Assembly (NCBI GenBank): GCA_001803315.1
Contig: MHBQ01000039.1
Coordinates: 1 to 60,329, forward strand
DNA length: 60,329 bases
Reading direction: 5' to 3'
DNA from: Lentisphaerae bacterium RIFOXYC12_FULL_60_16
Lineage (GTDB): Bacteria; Verrucomicrobiota; Kiritimatiellia; UBA8416; YA12-FULL-60-10
In this document: positions 47,778 through 58,822 of the stretch, in pieces
Layout of the letters: the number at the start of each line of letters is the position of its first letter
How positions within the stretch are numbered: position 1 is the first letter of the stretch
Notes under the pieces: generated by a model
Database searches by the model: none
Told to the model about the DNA's origin: nothing
The model's input: the letters and a program-made list of their open reading frames with translations, nothing else
Translations under genes and position numbers: made by a program

Positions 47778-48670
47778 TGCGGCGGTTTCTGAATCGCTGG
47801 ATGGAGCACGGCATTGAGACGCTGATCCGGTTATGCGGGATCAGCGCCGTGCTGTTTGTGTTCGGGATTTTCTATTTCGTGTTCCGGGAAGGGGCCGGAT
47901 ACCTCTTTAACGGGCTCAATCTGAAGGAATTCTTCTTCAGCATCGCGTGGCATCCCACGTCGGTAACCCATGTCCGGTATGGTATTCTCGCCTTGCTGGC
48001 CGGTACGTTCAGCGTCACGGTGCTGGCCATGGTCTTGGCGGTTCCGTTTGGACTGGGGGCGGCGATCTTTATCAGTGAGTTCTGTAATCCCCGGGTGCGG
48101 GAGCTGCTCAAGATTGTCATTGAATTGCTGGCGGCGATTCCGTCCGTGGTCTGGGGTTTCATCGGGTTGACCATCATGAATTCGCTGATCATCCGCTGGT
48201 TCAATACCCCGATCGGGTTGACCCTGCTCAATGGCGGGTTGATCCTGGCGCTGATGAGCGTTCCGATCATTGTCTCCATCGGGGAGGATGCGCTCAAGGC
48301 GGTTCCGGATTCCTACCGTGAGGCGGCATTGGCCATGGGAGCTACCCGGTGGCAGCTGGTGTACCGGGTGCTTTTCCCGGCCGCCCGGAACGGCCTGCTG
48401 GCGGCTGTTCTGCTGGGGGTCGGACGGGCGGTGGGTGAGACCATGGCCGTCTTGATGGCGACGGGCCATTCCGTTCGTATCCCGACCAGTCTGCTGGACC
48501 CCGTCCGGACCTTGACGGCCACGATTGCGGCGGAGCTGGGGGAGGCGCCGGTCCGGTCCGACCATTACCAGGTTCTGTTCATCATTGGCATTGTGCTTTT
48601 CACGATTACCTTTTGTGTCAACCTTACCGCGGACCTGATGGTGCGCGGGATTCGTAAACGGCAGGCGTAA
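47777..48670 (+). CDS. pstC: Phosphate ABC permease
   Basis: ELLAAIPSVVWG, GRAVGETMAV. Confidence 0.95.
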   Translation: MRRFLNRWMEHGIETLIRLCGISAVLFVFGIFYFVFREGAGYLFNGLNLKEFFFSIAWHPTSVTHVRYGILALLAGTFSVTVLAMVLAVPFGLGAAIFISEFCNPRVRELLKIVIELLAAIPSVVWGFIGLTIMNSLIIRWFNTPIGLTLLNGGLILALMSVPIIVSIGEDALKAVPDSYREAALAMGATRWQLVYRVLFPAARNGLLAAVLLGVGRAVGETMAVLMATGHSVRIPTSLLDPVRTLTATIAAELGEAPVRSDHYQVLFIIGIVLFTITFCVNLTADLMVRGIRKRQA

Positions 48671-48681
48671 GGAATATCCGC

Positions 48682-49566
48682 GTGTTTGAAATCACGGCAC
48701 ATGTCCGGAAGAAGCAGCGGGTTGAGCAGGGGGTCAAATTCCTGTTCCTGGGTATGACCCTCCTGATGATTCTGCCCTTGCTGCTGATTGTGGGGCATCT
48801 GGTGTATAAGGCTTGGCCGGTCCTCTCGATGGATTTTCTGTTAACCAATCCCATTCGGGGGATGCGGGCCGGGGGGATCTGGGCTCCCCTGCTGGGGACC
48901 CTCTACCTCGTGATTATCTCACTTGCGGTTTCGGCCCCGGTCGGTGTCATGGCTGCCATCTACCTGAATGAATATGCGCAGGATAACGGGTTCACCCGGG
49001 TGGTGAACCTGGCGGTGGTGAATCTGGCCGGAGTCCCCAGTATTGTGCATGCCCTGTTCGGGTTGGGGGCGTTTGTCTTGTTTGCGGGCATGGGGCGGTC
49101 CATTCTGGCGGCAGCACTGACGCTGGCCGTGATGACCCTGCCCGTGATCATTGCCAGCACGAAGGAAGCCTTATCCGCGGTTCCCCGTTCGTTCCGGGAA
49201 GCCTGCTGGAACGTGGGGGCTTCCCGCTGGCAGACCATCCGGCACATCGTGCTGCCGAATTCCATCAGTGGAATCCTGACCGGGGTGATCCTCCAGGTTT
49301 CCCGGGCAGCCGGCGAGACGGCACCGGTCATGTTTACGGGGGCGGTCTTCTACAAGGCAATCAAGGAGGGAGACCTGTTTGCCTATGGGCTGATGGACCA
49401 ATGCATGGCCTTGTCCATGCACCTGTTTACGATAGCGACCCAGGTGCCGGGGGTTCCGGAAAGCCTTCCGTATGCCACCGCCGTGGTGTTGCTGGGGGTG
49501 GTGTTGACCGTTAATGCAACCGCTATTGGCCTGCGTGTATGGCTTCGATCGAGGAAGAAATGGTGA
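48682..49566 (+). CDS. pstA: Phosphate ABC permease
   Basis: NLAGVPSIV, RAAGETAP. Confidence 0.95.
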   Translation: MFEITAHVRKKQRVEQGVKFLFLGMTLLMILPLLLIVGHLVYKAWPVLSMDFLLTNPIRGMRAGGIWAPLLGTLYLVIISLAVSAPVGVMAAIYLNEYAQDNGFTRVVNLAVVNLAGVPSIVHALFGLGAFVLFAGMGRSILAAALTLAVMTLPVIIASTKEALSAVPRSFREACWNVGASRWQTIRHIVLPNSISGILTGVILQVSRAAGETAPVMFTGAVFYKAIKEGDLFAYGLMDQCMALSMHLFTIATQVPGVPESLPYATAVVLLGVVLTVNATAIGLRVWLRSRKKW

Positions 49567-50320
49567 CTGCAATTCCACGGGTTGATATCCGCAATCTCCG
49601 GATCCGCTATGGATCCAAGGAGATCCTGCATGGTGTCTCGCTGGACGTCCGGTCCAACGAGATCCTGGGAATTATTGGTCCCGCGCATTCCGGCAAGAGC
49701 AGTCTGCTCCGGGTCATCAACCGGACGCTGGAGTTTATCCCGGAAGCCCGGTACGAGGGGACGGTCTGCATTGACGGGGAGGATATCCGGTCAATGTCCG
49801 ATGTGTATGCCCTTCGCCGGCGGGTGGGCATGGTTTCTCCGCTTCCCGTCGGGTTGCCCATGACGATATTTGATAACGTGGCGTTTGCGCCCCGCATGGC
49901 GGGTGTCCGGGACAGGCATCAGCTGGGGGAGACGGTCGAGGAATGTCTGCGGCAGGCTGCGCTCTGGGACGAGGTCAAGGACCGGCTCCACATGCTGGGA
50001 ACCAAACTGTCCGGCGGCCAGCAACAGCGCTTGACGATTGCGCGCGCCCTGTCCCACAAGCCGGATGTCCTCTGCCTGGATGAGTTTTCCATTGCGATTG
50101 ATCCGGTGACCACCATGCGAATTGAGGATGTCCTCAAGTCGTTGAAGGCGAAGATGTCCATCATTTTGGTGACCAACCTGGTCCAGCAGTCCAGGCGGTT
50201 GGCGGACCGGACGGCATTTTTTTATAACGGGGAACTGGTGGAACTGGATCAGACCGAAGTCCTGTTCTCGGATTCACCGGCGAGCCGAAAGACGTATGAA
50301 TACATCAATGGGCTTTTTGG

Positions 50321-50324
<4 letters not shown>
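49560..50324 (+). CDS. pstB: Phosphate ABC ATPase 1 (intact signature, H-switch lost)
   Basis: GPAHSGKS, LSGGQQQR, LDEFS, VTNL. Confidence 0.9.
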
Positions 50325-51097
<773 letters not shown>

Positions 51098-51128
51098 CGC
51101 CGATGCGTGGGTCGGGAGGGGTAGAACC

Positions 51129-53009
51129 ATGACCGTGCTGGCAATCATCCTGCTATCGGCGCTGATCCTGGGGTTTGGTGGGTGGGGATATTCACGTCTG
51201 TTGGGACGATGGTGGGGGGAGGTGGCGGACCGGGTTACGCCGGCCGTCAGCCGGAATGACGGGCGGGATTTTGTTCCGACCCCCACGGGGGTGGTGTTTG
51301 CGCATCATTTTGCGTCGATTGCCGGGGCGGGACCCATCATTGGCCCGGTGATCGCCCTCTGTTACGGCTGGTTGCCGGCCCTGATCTGGATCCTGGTGGG
51401 CGGTTTGCTGGTTGGCGCCGTGCATGATTACCTGGCCACCTTCATGGCGGTCCGGGCCGGCGGTTGTTCGGTTGCCACGGTGGCCCGGCAGCTGCTGGGA
51501 CGAGGGCCATTCGTGGCGCTGGTGTTGTTCCTTGTGCTGACGTTGGCGCTGGTATGCGCGACATTTCTTAATTTATCCGCCCAGGCGTTGGTCAGTATGT
51601 TGCCGTTTGACCGCATCGGGTTGACGCCGGAGCAGACCTGGTTCCGGGTGATCGACCTGGCGGGTGTCCCCCACGTGGTGATCGGCGGGATTGCCTCGAC
51701 CAGCGTGATCGTAATCACCATCCTGGCGCCGCTGGTCGGATGGCTGTACATACGCCGGCAGGTAGCCGTCTGGAAATGCTCGTTGCTGGCGCTGGCCATT
51801 TGTGCCGTCAGCATCAGCATCGGGTTTCGATGGCCGGTGGTATTCACCCCGACGGTCTGGAAATGGTGCCTGGCCGGGTATGTCCTGGTGGCGGCGGGAT
51901 TGCCGGTGTGGATGTTCCTGCAAAGCCGGGATTTCATCAATGTGCACATCCTGTATGTCGGGTTGACGGCACTGGTCGTTACCCTGGTGGTGGCGTCCCT
52001 GCGGGGGGGAGCCGCTGTCGCGGGTATACCGGTGATGGATCTGGAGTCCGGCCGGCAGGCCATCGGTCCCTGGTGGCCGATGTTGTTCATCACGATAGCC
52101 TGTGGTGCGGTCAGCGGGTTTCACAGCCTGTGTGCGGGTGGGACCACCTGTAAGCAAATCCAGAACGAATCGGCGATACGGCGTGTGGGATATGGCGGCA
52201 TGCTGTTGGAAAGCTTCCTGGCGGTGTGTGTGGTGGCGGTCCTGCTGGTGGGACTGGACCGGGCGCATTATCTGGCGGATGTGCATCCGGCGCTGATCCC
52301 GGGTGCAATCGGGAAATCCAATCCCATTCTGGGATTTGCCGCTGCGGTCGGGCAGGCGGTTCATCGGGCATTTGGCATACCCGTGGCGGCTGGCGCCGTG
52401 GGCGGCATGATCCTGTTGGAAGGGTTTCTGGTCACTACGCTGGATACGGCCGTACGATTGATGCGGTATCTGCTGGAAGAAGTCTGGAAGGCGTTGTTCG
52501 GCCTGCCGGAAGATGGCTGTTTAAGGGCCGGTTCCGAAATGTCCGGTTCAGACGGGTTGCCGGCCGGGATGGTGGCGACGGTGGGAGGGCACCTGCCGGC
52601 CGGTAGTCTGCCCGCCCGCATACTGGGCCACTACTGGGTCAATTCCGCCTTGGCGGTTGGCCTGACCCTGTGGTTTGCGTTTTCCGGCGGCATCCTGGCC
52701 CTGTGGGCGATCTTTGCGACCGCCAACCAGTTGCTGGCGGCCTTCGTGCTGGGATTGGGCACCCTGTGGCTGATCCGGCAGGGCCGGCGTGCGTGGTACG
52801 TACTGGTTCCGGCGGTATTCATGCTGGCCACCACGGTTGCCAGCCTGGTGATGCTGTTCACGAAGTTCAGGCTTGATGCGAATCGGACCTTGTTGTCGGC
52901 TACCGTGGTGTTGATGGCCCTGACCCTCTATCTGGTGGTGTCGGGTGTCATGGTGTATGGCAGGGGAAAGAAAAGAGAGGATGAAGGTCATGAAGCGAAA
53001 GCCGTTTAA
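51129..53009 (+). CDS. cstA: Carbon starvation CstA-family transporter
   Basis: HHFASIAGAGPIIGP, ITIACGAVSGFHSL, TTLDTAVRL, ANQLLA. Confidence 0.93.
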   Translation: MTVLAIILLSALILGFGGWGYSRLLGRWWGEVADRVTPAVSRNDGRDFVPTPTGVVFAHHFASIAGAGPIIGPVIALCYGWLPALIWILVGGLLVGAVHDYLATFMAVRAGGCSVATVARQLLGRGPFVALVLFLVLTLALVCATFLNLSAQALVSMLPFDRIGLTPEQTWFRVIDLAGVPHVVIGGIASTSVIVITILAPLVGWLYIRRQVAVWKCSLLALAICAVSISIGFRWPVVFTPTVWKWCLAGYVLVAAGLPVWMFLQSRDFINVHILYVGLTALVVTLVVASLRGGAAVAGIPVMDLESGRQAIGPWWPMLFITIACGAVSGFHSLCAGGTTCKQIQNESAIRRVGYGGMLLESFLAVCVVAVLLVGLDRAHYLADVHPALIPGAIGKSNPILGFAAAVGQAVHRAFGIPVAAGAVGGMILLEGFLVTTLDTAVRLMRYLLEEVWKALFGLPEDGCLRAGSEMSGSDGLPAGMVATVGGHLPAGSLPARILGHYWVNSALAVGLTLWFAFSGGILALWAIFATANQLLAAFVLGLGTLWLIRQGRRAWYVLVPAVFMLATTVASLVMLFTKFRLDANRTLLSATVVLMALTLYLVVSGVMVYGRGKKREDEGHEAKAV

Positions 53010-54138
53010 CCGGGGTCCGGTCACTGTCCGATCGATGCCTTTCTGGTGTGTGGGGAATCCCCTGGGAGATCCGTTCGGCAGCGCGGTGCTGCCGAAAATC
53101 GATTCCATCCAGGTGGCCGGGATCCTGTCGGACATGGCGGACGAGGGATGGATTGAAGCCACCAGCTTCCATGATGATGACCTGGTGCCCTGGAATCCGG
53201 ACCTGCCCGAAGATGATCTCGATCCGCGCAGTCCCGTGTATGCCACCTTGCGCCGGATCCGGACCATCCTGCGCCGGGCCGGCTTGTCGATCAATACGGC
53301 CACCTGCAGCCTGCACGGCAATCCGTTGTTCCGCCGGGGCGGTCTGACCAATCCGGATCCCGCGATCCGGAAACTGGCACGGTTGAAAGTGGAGCGGACG
53401 CTCCGGATCGGAGCGTTGCTGGGCGCCCGACACTATACGTACTGGGTGGCACGGGATGGGTTTGAAGTGCCGGTCTCGGTGGACTGGAAGCACGTTTACG
53501 GATGGCTGGCGGAAGGCCTGGATCATGTGGTGGACTATATCCGAGCCAAGCGGTTCCGCAATTACCGCGGCGCCACGATCGAGCCCAAGCCGAACGAACC
53601 GCGTGGGCACATGTTCCTGCCCACGGCCGGGCATGCCGCGGGGTTCATTTGCGGGCGGCTGAAGCATCCGGATTTCTGGGGGGTCAATCCGGAACTGCTC
53701 CAGCATGAGAGCATGGCCCTGTTGAACGGTGTCCATACGCTCGGTTACCTGGTCAGCCTCAAGAAGTTGTTCTTCCTGCATTTTGGGAGCCAGATCAAGG
53801 CGCAGTTCGACAATGACTTCCCGCCGCTGGTGGGGCCGGAAGGCCTCAAGGAAACCGTGCAATTGTTCTGGGTGCTGGAAGCCATGGGATGGAAAGGCGT
53901 GGTGGAATACGATTGCCACATGCTGCGCACGGAGGCGGACCCGGCGCGTTCGATCGAGTGCCGCAAGGCGTTTGTCCGGAATTGCAGCCTGGCGCTGACC
54001 TTGGCGTTGGACCTGGCGAAACGGCTGGGGCAACGCCAGCCGGTGATCGGCAGTGAAACGGAACAGGATCTGGCCGCGACCCTGCGGATGACTGGTATCC
54101 GGCCGGGCGAATTGCGGGCCCGGACCGTACGCCGGTAA
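52990..54138 (+). CDS. Xylose isomerase-family protein, divergent
   Basis: GDPFG, FHDDD, IEPKPNEPRGH, GVNPE. Confidence 0.8.
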   Translation: MKRKPFNRGPVTVRSMPFWCVGNPLGDPFGSAVLPKIDSIQVAGILSDMADEGWIEATSFHDDDLVPWNPDLPEDDLDPRSPVYATLRRIRTILRRAGLSINTATCSLHGNPLFRRGGLTNPDPAIRKLARLKVERTLRIGALLGARHYTYWVARDGFEVPVSVDWKHVYGWLAEGLDHVVDYIRAKRFRNYRGATIEPKPNEPRGHMFLPTAGHAAGFICGRLKHPDFWGVNPELLQHESMALLNGVHTLGYLVSLKKLFFLHFGSQIKAQFDNDFPPLVGPEGLKETVQLFWVLEAMGWKGVVEYDCHMLRTEADPARSIECRKAFVRNCSLALTLALDLAKRLGQRQPVIGSETEQDLAATLRMTGIRPGELRARTVRR

Positions 54139-54171
54139 TCAGACCGGCGGTTGGGGGACGAAGGGAAGGCG

Positions 54172-55116
54172 ATGCCCGTGAAGGAACCACGCGGTGCGAT
54201 CCCGGTGAGGGGCCCCTGGCGCAAGGTGCTGGTATTGGTCAACCCGAAATCCGGTCTCGGGATTCCATTCCGGTCCCTGCGTGCAGGTGTCGACAAATAC
54301 TGGGATCTTCCCGGATGTTCCGTGAGCTACCAGTTCAGTCGTTCCATCGCGGATGGCGCCGTCAAGGCCCGGCAGGCGCTGGCGGATGGCGTTCAGGTTG
54401 TGCTGGTGGCCGGTGGGGACGGGACGGTCAATTCCGTGGGTCGTGAACTGATCGGATCCGATGCCATCCTGGGCGTGATTCCCGCCGACAGCGGCAACGG
54501 GTTTGCCCGCCATTTCAACATTCCGCTGGATCCCAAACGCGCCGTGGAGGCCCTGGCCGGGGGTGCGGTCCGCCGGATCGATGTGGGCACCGTGGATGGG
54601 GTGCCGTTCCTGGTGACGTGCAGCATGGCGTGGGATGCCTCGATCGCGAATGCGTTCCAGCGGTCACCGGTACGCGGGGTCATTCCGTATATTTTTGCCG
54701 GGTTCCAGGGATTGCTGGACTATGAGCCGCAAATCATACGCGTTGAACTGGATGGTGAACGTCAGGAGCGGTTCGTCCACCCCCTGGTGTTGACGGTGGC
54801 CAACCTCACGCAGTACGGGGGCGGGGCACGGATTGCCCCGCATGCCCGTGAGGATGACGGCCAGCTGGAACTCGTGGTGGCGCTCCGGCAGGATGCGCTG
54901 AAGCTGGCGGTCAACCTCGGGCGGTTGTTCGATGGGACGGTGAACCGGTTGCCGGAAGTCATTTCCCACCGGTTTCGCCGGCTGGTGGTTGAACGCGAAT
55001 ATCCGGCCGCCATCCAGATCGACGGGGAGGTAGCGGAGGCGGGGGCACGGGTGGTGGTGGAGGTGCATCCGAAGGTGTTGAACGTGCTGGTGCCGTCCGG
55101 GCATGTCGACGGCTAA
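54172..55116 (+). CDS. Diacylglycerol/lipid kinase family protein
   Basis: NPKSG, AGGDGT, SGNGFAR, QYGGG, IDGE. Confidence 0.92.
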   Translation: MPVKEPRGAIPVRGPWRKVLVLVNPKSGLGIPFRSLRAGVDKYWDLPGCSVSYQFSRSIADGAVKARQALADGVQVVLVAGGDGTVNSVGRELIGSDAILGVIPADSGNGFARHFNIPLDPKRAVEALAGGAVRRIDVGTVDGVPFLVTCSMAWDASIANAFQRSPVRGVIPYIFAGFQGLLDYEPQIIRVELDGERQERFVHPLVLTVANLTQYGGGARIAPHAREDDGQLELVVALRQDALKLAVNLGRLFDGTVNRLPEVISHRFRRLVVEREYPAAIQIDGEVAEAGARVVVEVHPKVLNVLVPSGHVDG

Positions 55117-55147
55117 GCGCACGACGGGGCGCATATAAGGACCGGGT

Positions 55148-56026
55148 ATGCAAATCGAGCGAACGGCAAAATCAACCCTGACCGTAGTGGAAATGGATCC
55201 CGGTGATGAATGGCGGTTCTCCACGGTGGATGGGGTGGTCCACCGGATACGACTGGAGCAGACCTGTGCCTGCCGGTTGTCCGAGATTTACGGCGCCAGT
55301 GGAATCATGCCGATGGCGGCGCAGGGCGCCTATCGGTTCTGGTGCCGGCTGAATGTGGATGGTGCGGAACTGCAGTTGAACCGGTTCGTGGGACTGCAGG
55401 ACAGTTTTTACGAGCCGTGGGTATTCAACGGCCTGCGGATATGGTTCGATGCGGTGGATGAGATCTTCCAGATCATGGAAGAGACGCATGGGGCCTGCCG
55501 GCCGCGGAAACGGGCCCGGTTTGCCGTACAGGACGCCACCCGGCGGATTTGCCCGACACCGCTCCACCCGTGGTGTCCCCTGCCTGCGGGCGGATTACGC
55601 ATCACCGATTGTTACCGGGGGGAGGATTGCTGGATGGGGCCGTATGACGGCCACGTGGCACATGGCGGGCTGGATATCAATCATCCGGCCGGTACGCCGC
55701 TCTGGACCCCCATCGCGTTTGATGACCACGGGTTGGTTGACGTCAAGGCCCGTGGCGATTCCAACAATCGCTGGCAGGGGAGCAGAACCTGGGAAGACGG
55801 GTCGACTTGGATCCTGAAATCCGCCCATGTGATCCGGTTGCTGGTGCCTGAGCACACGCCATTGCCGGCCGGCCTGCAATATGCCGACAGCGCGGGCGTG
55901 TCGGTCTGTTACCGCGAGCATACGCATTTCGGTTTTGAAGTACGGGAATATGGCGAAGCCTATACCATCGATCCCTGGATCCTGTTCTGGCAGATGTACC
56001 GCGACCGGGAGGGGACGATCGCTTAA
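55148..56026 (+). CDS. Hypothetical protein with M23 peptidase-like motifs
   Basis: HGGLDINHPAGTPL and HTHFG. Confidence 0.55.
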   Translation: MQIERTAKSTLTVVEMDPGDEWRFSTVDGVVHRIRLEQTCACRLSEIYGASGIMPMAAQGAYRFWCRLNVDGAELQLNRFVGLQDSFYEPWVFNGLRIWFDAVDEIFQIMEETHGACRPRKRARFAVQDATRRICPTPLHPWCPLPAGGLRITDCYRGEDCWMGPYDGHVAHGGLDINHPAGTPLWTPIAFDDHGLVDVKARGDSNNRWQGSRTWEDGSTWILKSAHVIRLLVPEHTPLPAGLQYADSAGVSVCYREHTHFGFEVREYGEAYTIDPWILFWQMYRDREGTIA

Positions 56027-56274
56027 AAGGTTTTCTCGTATTCGCCTTTGCCCACCTTTTTGAGTTGGTGGAATCCGGCTTTCTTGGCGCGATCGTTGAA
56101 TGACGATTTGGACGCGCCGACGGCGGGGGCGGAGATCAGGCGTATCACGTCCTTATCGCATTGCGGGCAGCGGGTTAGCGGTGGATCGGACAGGCGTTGG
56201 ATTCGTTCAAAAGGGTGTTTGCACAGCGTGCATCCGCTGGCGGGATCCCGGGCTTCGTATTCGTAGATGGGCAT
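56023..56274 (-). CDS. FmdB-family zinc-ribbon protein
   Basis: MPIYEY...CTLC...CPQC...RLISAP. Confidence 0.85.
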   Translation of the reverse strand: MPIYEYEARDPASGCTLCKHPFERIQRLSDPPLTRCPQCDKDVIRLISAPAVGASKSSFNDRAKKAGFHQLKKVGKGEYEKTF

Positions 56275-56503
56275 GATCATCGCTCCTTGTGGAAGGATGC
56301 CCCCATGATACCGGATGGGATGTTGATGACAAGTAACAATGCAGCTCCGGCGTGGTGTCTGCCATGGGTGATGCCGGTGGTGTGTTAAAAAAGTCCAATA
56401 AAACGCGTAAAACGTTGTTGCTATCCAAACGGAAAACATCTATTTTCCCCGCTAATACGTGATTTTTGGGCGAACCAAAAACCGTAACAAGGAGATTAAT
56501 GCA

Positions 56504-56788
56504 ATGGGCAAACCGATGAGCAAGAGCGAGATCGTGGCGGGCGTGGCGGATGCGGTAGAGATCAGCAAGAAGCAGGCGAAGGCAGCGATTGAAGCCCTCG
56601 TGGCGATGGCTTACAAAGGCGCCCCGAACGGATTCATGATTCCCGGGCTCGGCAAGCTGGTGAAGGTCCGTCGGAAGGCTCGCGCGGGACGCAACCCGGC
56701 GACCGGTCAGACCATTCAGATCCCGGCCAAGACCGTCCTGAAGTTCCGTATTGCCAAGGCGGCGAAGGATGCGGTCCTGAGCAAGTAG
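56504..56788 (+). CDS. hup: HU DNA-binding protein
   Basis: MSKSEI, GLGKL, GRNPATG, FRIAKAAKD. Confidence 0.95.
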   Translation: MGKPMSKSEIVAGVADAVEISKKQAKAAIEALVAMAYKGAPNGFMIPGLGKLVKVRRKARAGRNPATGQTIQIPAKTVLKFRIAKAAKDAVLSK

Positions 56789-56820
56789 GACGGCGAATCC
56801 AGTAGTTGTGAGTTTTAAAC

Positions 56821-56861
56821 CAACGGCCGCACTCCGTGAAGGAATGCGGCCGTTGGTTTTT
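56821..56861 (+). terminator. Probable intrinsic terminator after hup
   Basis: CAACGGCCGC...GCGGCCGTTG stem followed by a T run. Confidence 0.6.
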
Positions 56862-56873
56862 CGGAGCAGCGAC

Positions 56874-58448
56874 ATGTCAAAATCGGATGAGGCGTCCAAG
56901 CCTGAATCAACCCCCAGCCTGGAGGAACAGATCAAGGAGATGTTCCGGGCTGCCAACCTGTCGTTTACCGGCGTCCCGCAGGCGGCTGAAGCCGCACCGG
57001 CTGCAGCGTCCGCCGCCGAGGATGCGGCCGCCGAGGACCGCCTGCGCCGGATCCGTGATTTTCGTCTGAAACCCCGTGATATTTGCGACTATCTCGCCCG
57101 GTTTGTGATCCGGCAGGACGATGCGAAGAAGGTGCTCGCCGTGGCGGTGTGCGATCACTACAACCATGTGCGGCGGTGCCTGGAAAATCCGGATGTCGCC
57201 CAGCGCGATTATTCCAAACATAACATCCTGATGCTTGGTCCCACCGGTGTGGGCAAAACCTATCTGGTCCGTTGTCTCGCGCAGTTGATCGGGGTGCCGT
57301 TCGTCAAGGCGGATGCCACCAAGTTCAGTGAGACCGGATATGTCGGGCGCGATGTGGAGGATCTGGTGCGGGACCTGGTGCAGGCGGCCAACGGGGATGT
57401 GAACCTGGCCCAGTACGGGATCGTCTACCTGGACGAGATCGACAAGATCGCCGGGCAGTCGGGGGCCGGCGGGCGTGACGTGTCGGGCCGTGGGGTCCAG
57501 GTGAACCTGCTCAAGCTCATGGAGGAGATGGATGTCAATCTCTTCAGCCAGACCGATCTCATCGGCCAGATGCGGGCGATCATGGATATGCAGCGGGGAC
57601 GGGACTCCGGCCGGCGCACCATCAATACGCGCCACATCCTGTTCATTGCCAGCGGCGCATTCGGTCCGTTGGCTGAGAAGGTCCGTGCCCGGGTGCGCAA
57701 CAGCCGGATCGGATTTTCCGAACGGGAGGCTCCGGAAGGGGATGAAGGCGAATACCTGCGGCAGGCCAGGACCCAGGATTTCATCGATTACGGATTCGAG
57801 CCGGAGTTCATCGGACGTCTGCCGGTCCGGGTGGTGTGTGATGCGCTTACGATGGAGGATTTACAGACCATCCTGTTGAAGTCGGAAGGCAGCATTCTCA
57901 ACCAGTACACGGATGATTTTACAGGATACGGGATCGAGCTGCAGGTTGAGCCGGAGGCGGTAGCGGCCATTGCCCGTTCCGCCGCGTCGGAAAAAACCGG
58001 GGCGCGGGGCTTGATGACCGTGCTGGAACGGCTGTTCCGGGATTTCAAATTTGAACTGCCGTCCTCCTCGGCGAGTTCCCTCGTGGTTACGCCGGCGCTG
58101 GTGGAGGAACCGTTGAAGGCCCTGGCCGCCTGCCTGGAGGAAAATGATATCCAGCGCCGTGACCAGCGCCTGGACACTGTGCATCAATATGCCGGCGCCT
58201 TCCAGTCGGAGCACGGCATCCAGCTGGTGTTCAGGCGTGAAACGGCCGAGTATGTCGTTTCGCTTGCTGAAGCCGGCAAACGGCCGGTTGCCGACTTCTG
58301 CCGGGATCATTTCCGGGACTTCGAATACGGGCTCAAGCTGATCAGCGGCAATACCGGCCAGATGCGGTTCACCGTCACACGGAAAATGGCGGAGGATCCG
58401 CGCGGAGAACTGTCGCGGCTGGTTGCCGCCAGTTTCCGCAAGGTGTGA
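56874..58448 (+). CDS. clpX: ClpX-like AAA+ ATPase without N-terminal zinc-binding domain, with C-terminal extension
   Basis: GPTGVGKT, GYVG, DEIDKI, DVSGRGVQ, IGF loop, TGARGL. Confidence 0.75.
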   Translation: MSKSDEASKPESTPSLEEQIKEMFRAANLSFTGVPQAAEAAPAAASAAEDAAAEDRLRRIRDFRLKPRDICDYLARFVIRQDDAKKVLAVAVCDHYNHVRRCLENPDVAQRDYSKHNILMLGPTGVGKTYLVRCLAQLIGVPFVKADATKFSETGYVGRDVEDLVRDLVQAANGDVNLAQYGIVYLDEIDKIAGQSGAGGRDVSGRGVQVNLLKLMEEMDVNLFSQTDLIGQMRAIMDMQRGRDSGRRTINTRHILFIASGAFGPLAEKVRARVRNSRIGFSEREAPEGDEGEYLRQARTQDFIDYGFEPEFIGRLPVRVVCDALTMEDLQTILLKSEGSILNQYTDDFTGYGIELQVEPEAVAAIARSAASEKTGARGLMTVLERLFRDFKFELPSSSASSLVVTPALVEEPLKALAACLEENDIQRRDQRLDTVHQYAGAFQSEHGIQLVFRRETAEYVVSLAEAGKRPVADFCRDHFRDFEYGLKLISGNTGQMRFTVTRKMAEDPRGELSRLVAASFRKV

Positions 58449-58713
58449 TCCCGTTTCTGCGGGTTGAGAAAACCGGCATGCAAGGTGCCGGTGAATCGGG
58501 GTTGCGGTAACGGACGGGCAATCGCTGGTCCAGGAATTACCCATCAGGGGCGAGAAGGGCGTTGATCAGCCGATGGGGGCGATAGTTTGTCTGTCCTCGG
58601 TGGGCACTGAGTTTCCTCGCCATGCCCCAGAGACTACCACTCCTACACGCTCAGCCTCACCACTCTTCTGTATTCTGCGGTCTGACCCCGTGATTCCGCT
58701 GACCGTCTGACCG

Positions 58714-58798
58714 GAACCGCCTGGTGCGGACCCGCATGCCAGGTGGTGTGGGACTCGTGGCTGGCTGAGTGACCCTCAGTCAGTCACGGGGACCCGAT
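58714..58798 (+). mobile_element. Group IIC intron 3' remnant (domains V and VI)
   Basis: GAACCGCCTGGTGCGGACCCGCATGCCAGGTGGTGTGG domain V; domain VI hairpin ending ACCCGAT. Confidence 0.9.
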
Positions 58799-58822
58799 TA
58801 GCCGATTTTCATCATTTCCAGA

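Noticed and set aside
58690-58710. Tail of the intron reverse transcriptase ORF (IPLTV*)
   Set aside because: Position before domain V fits, but it is too short to support.
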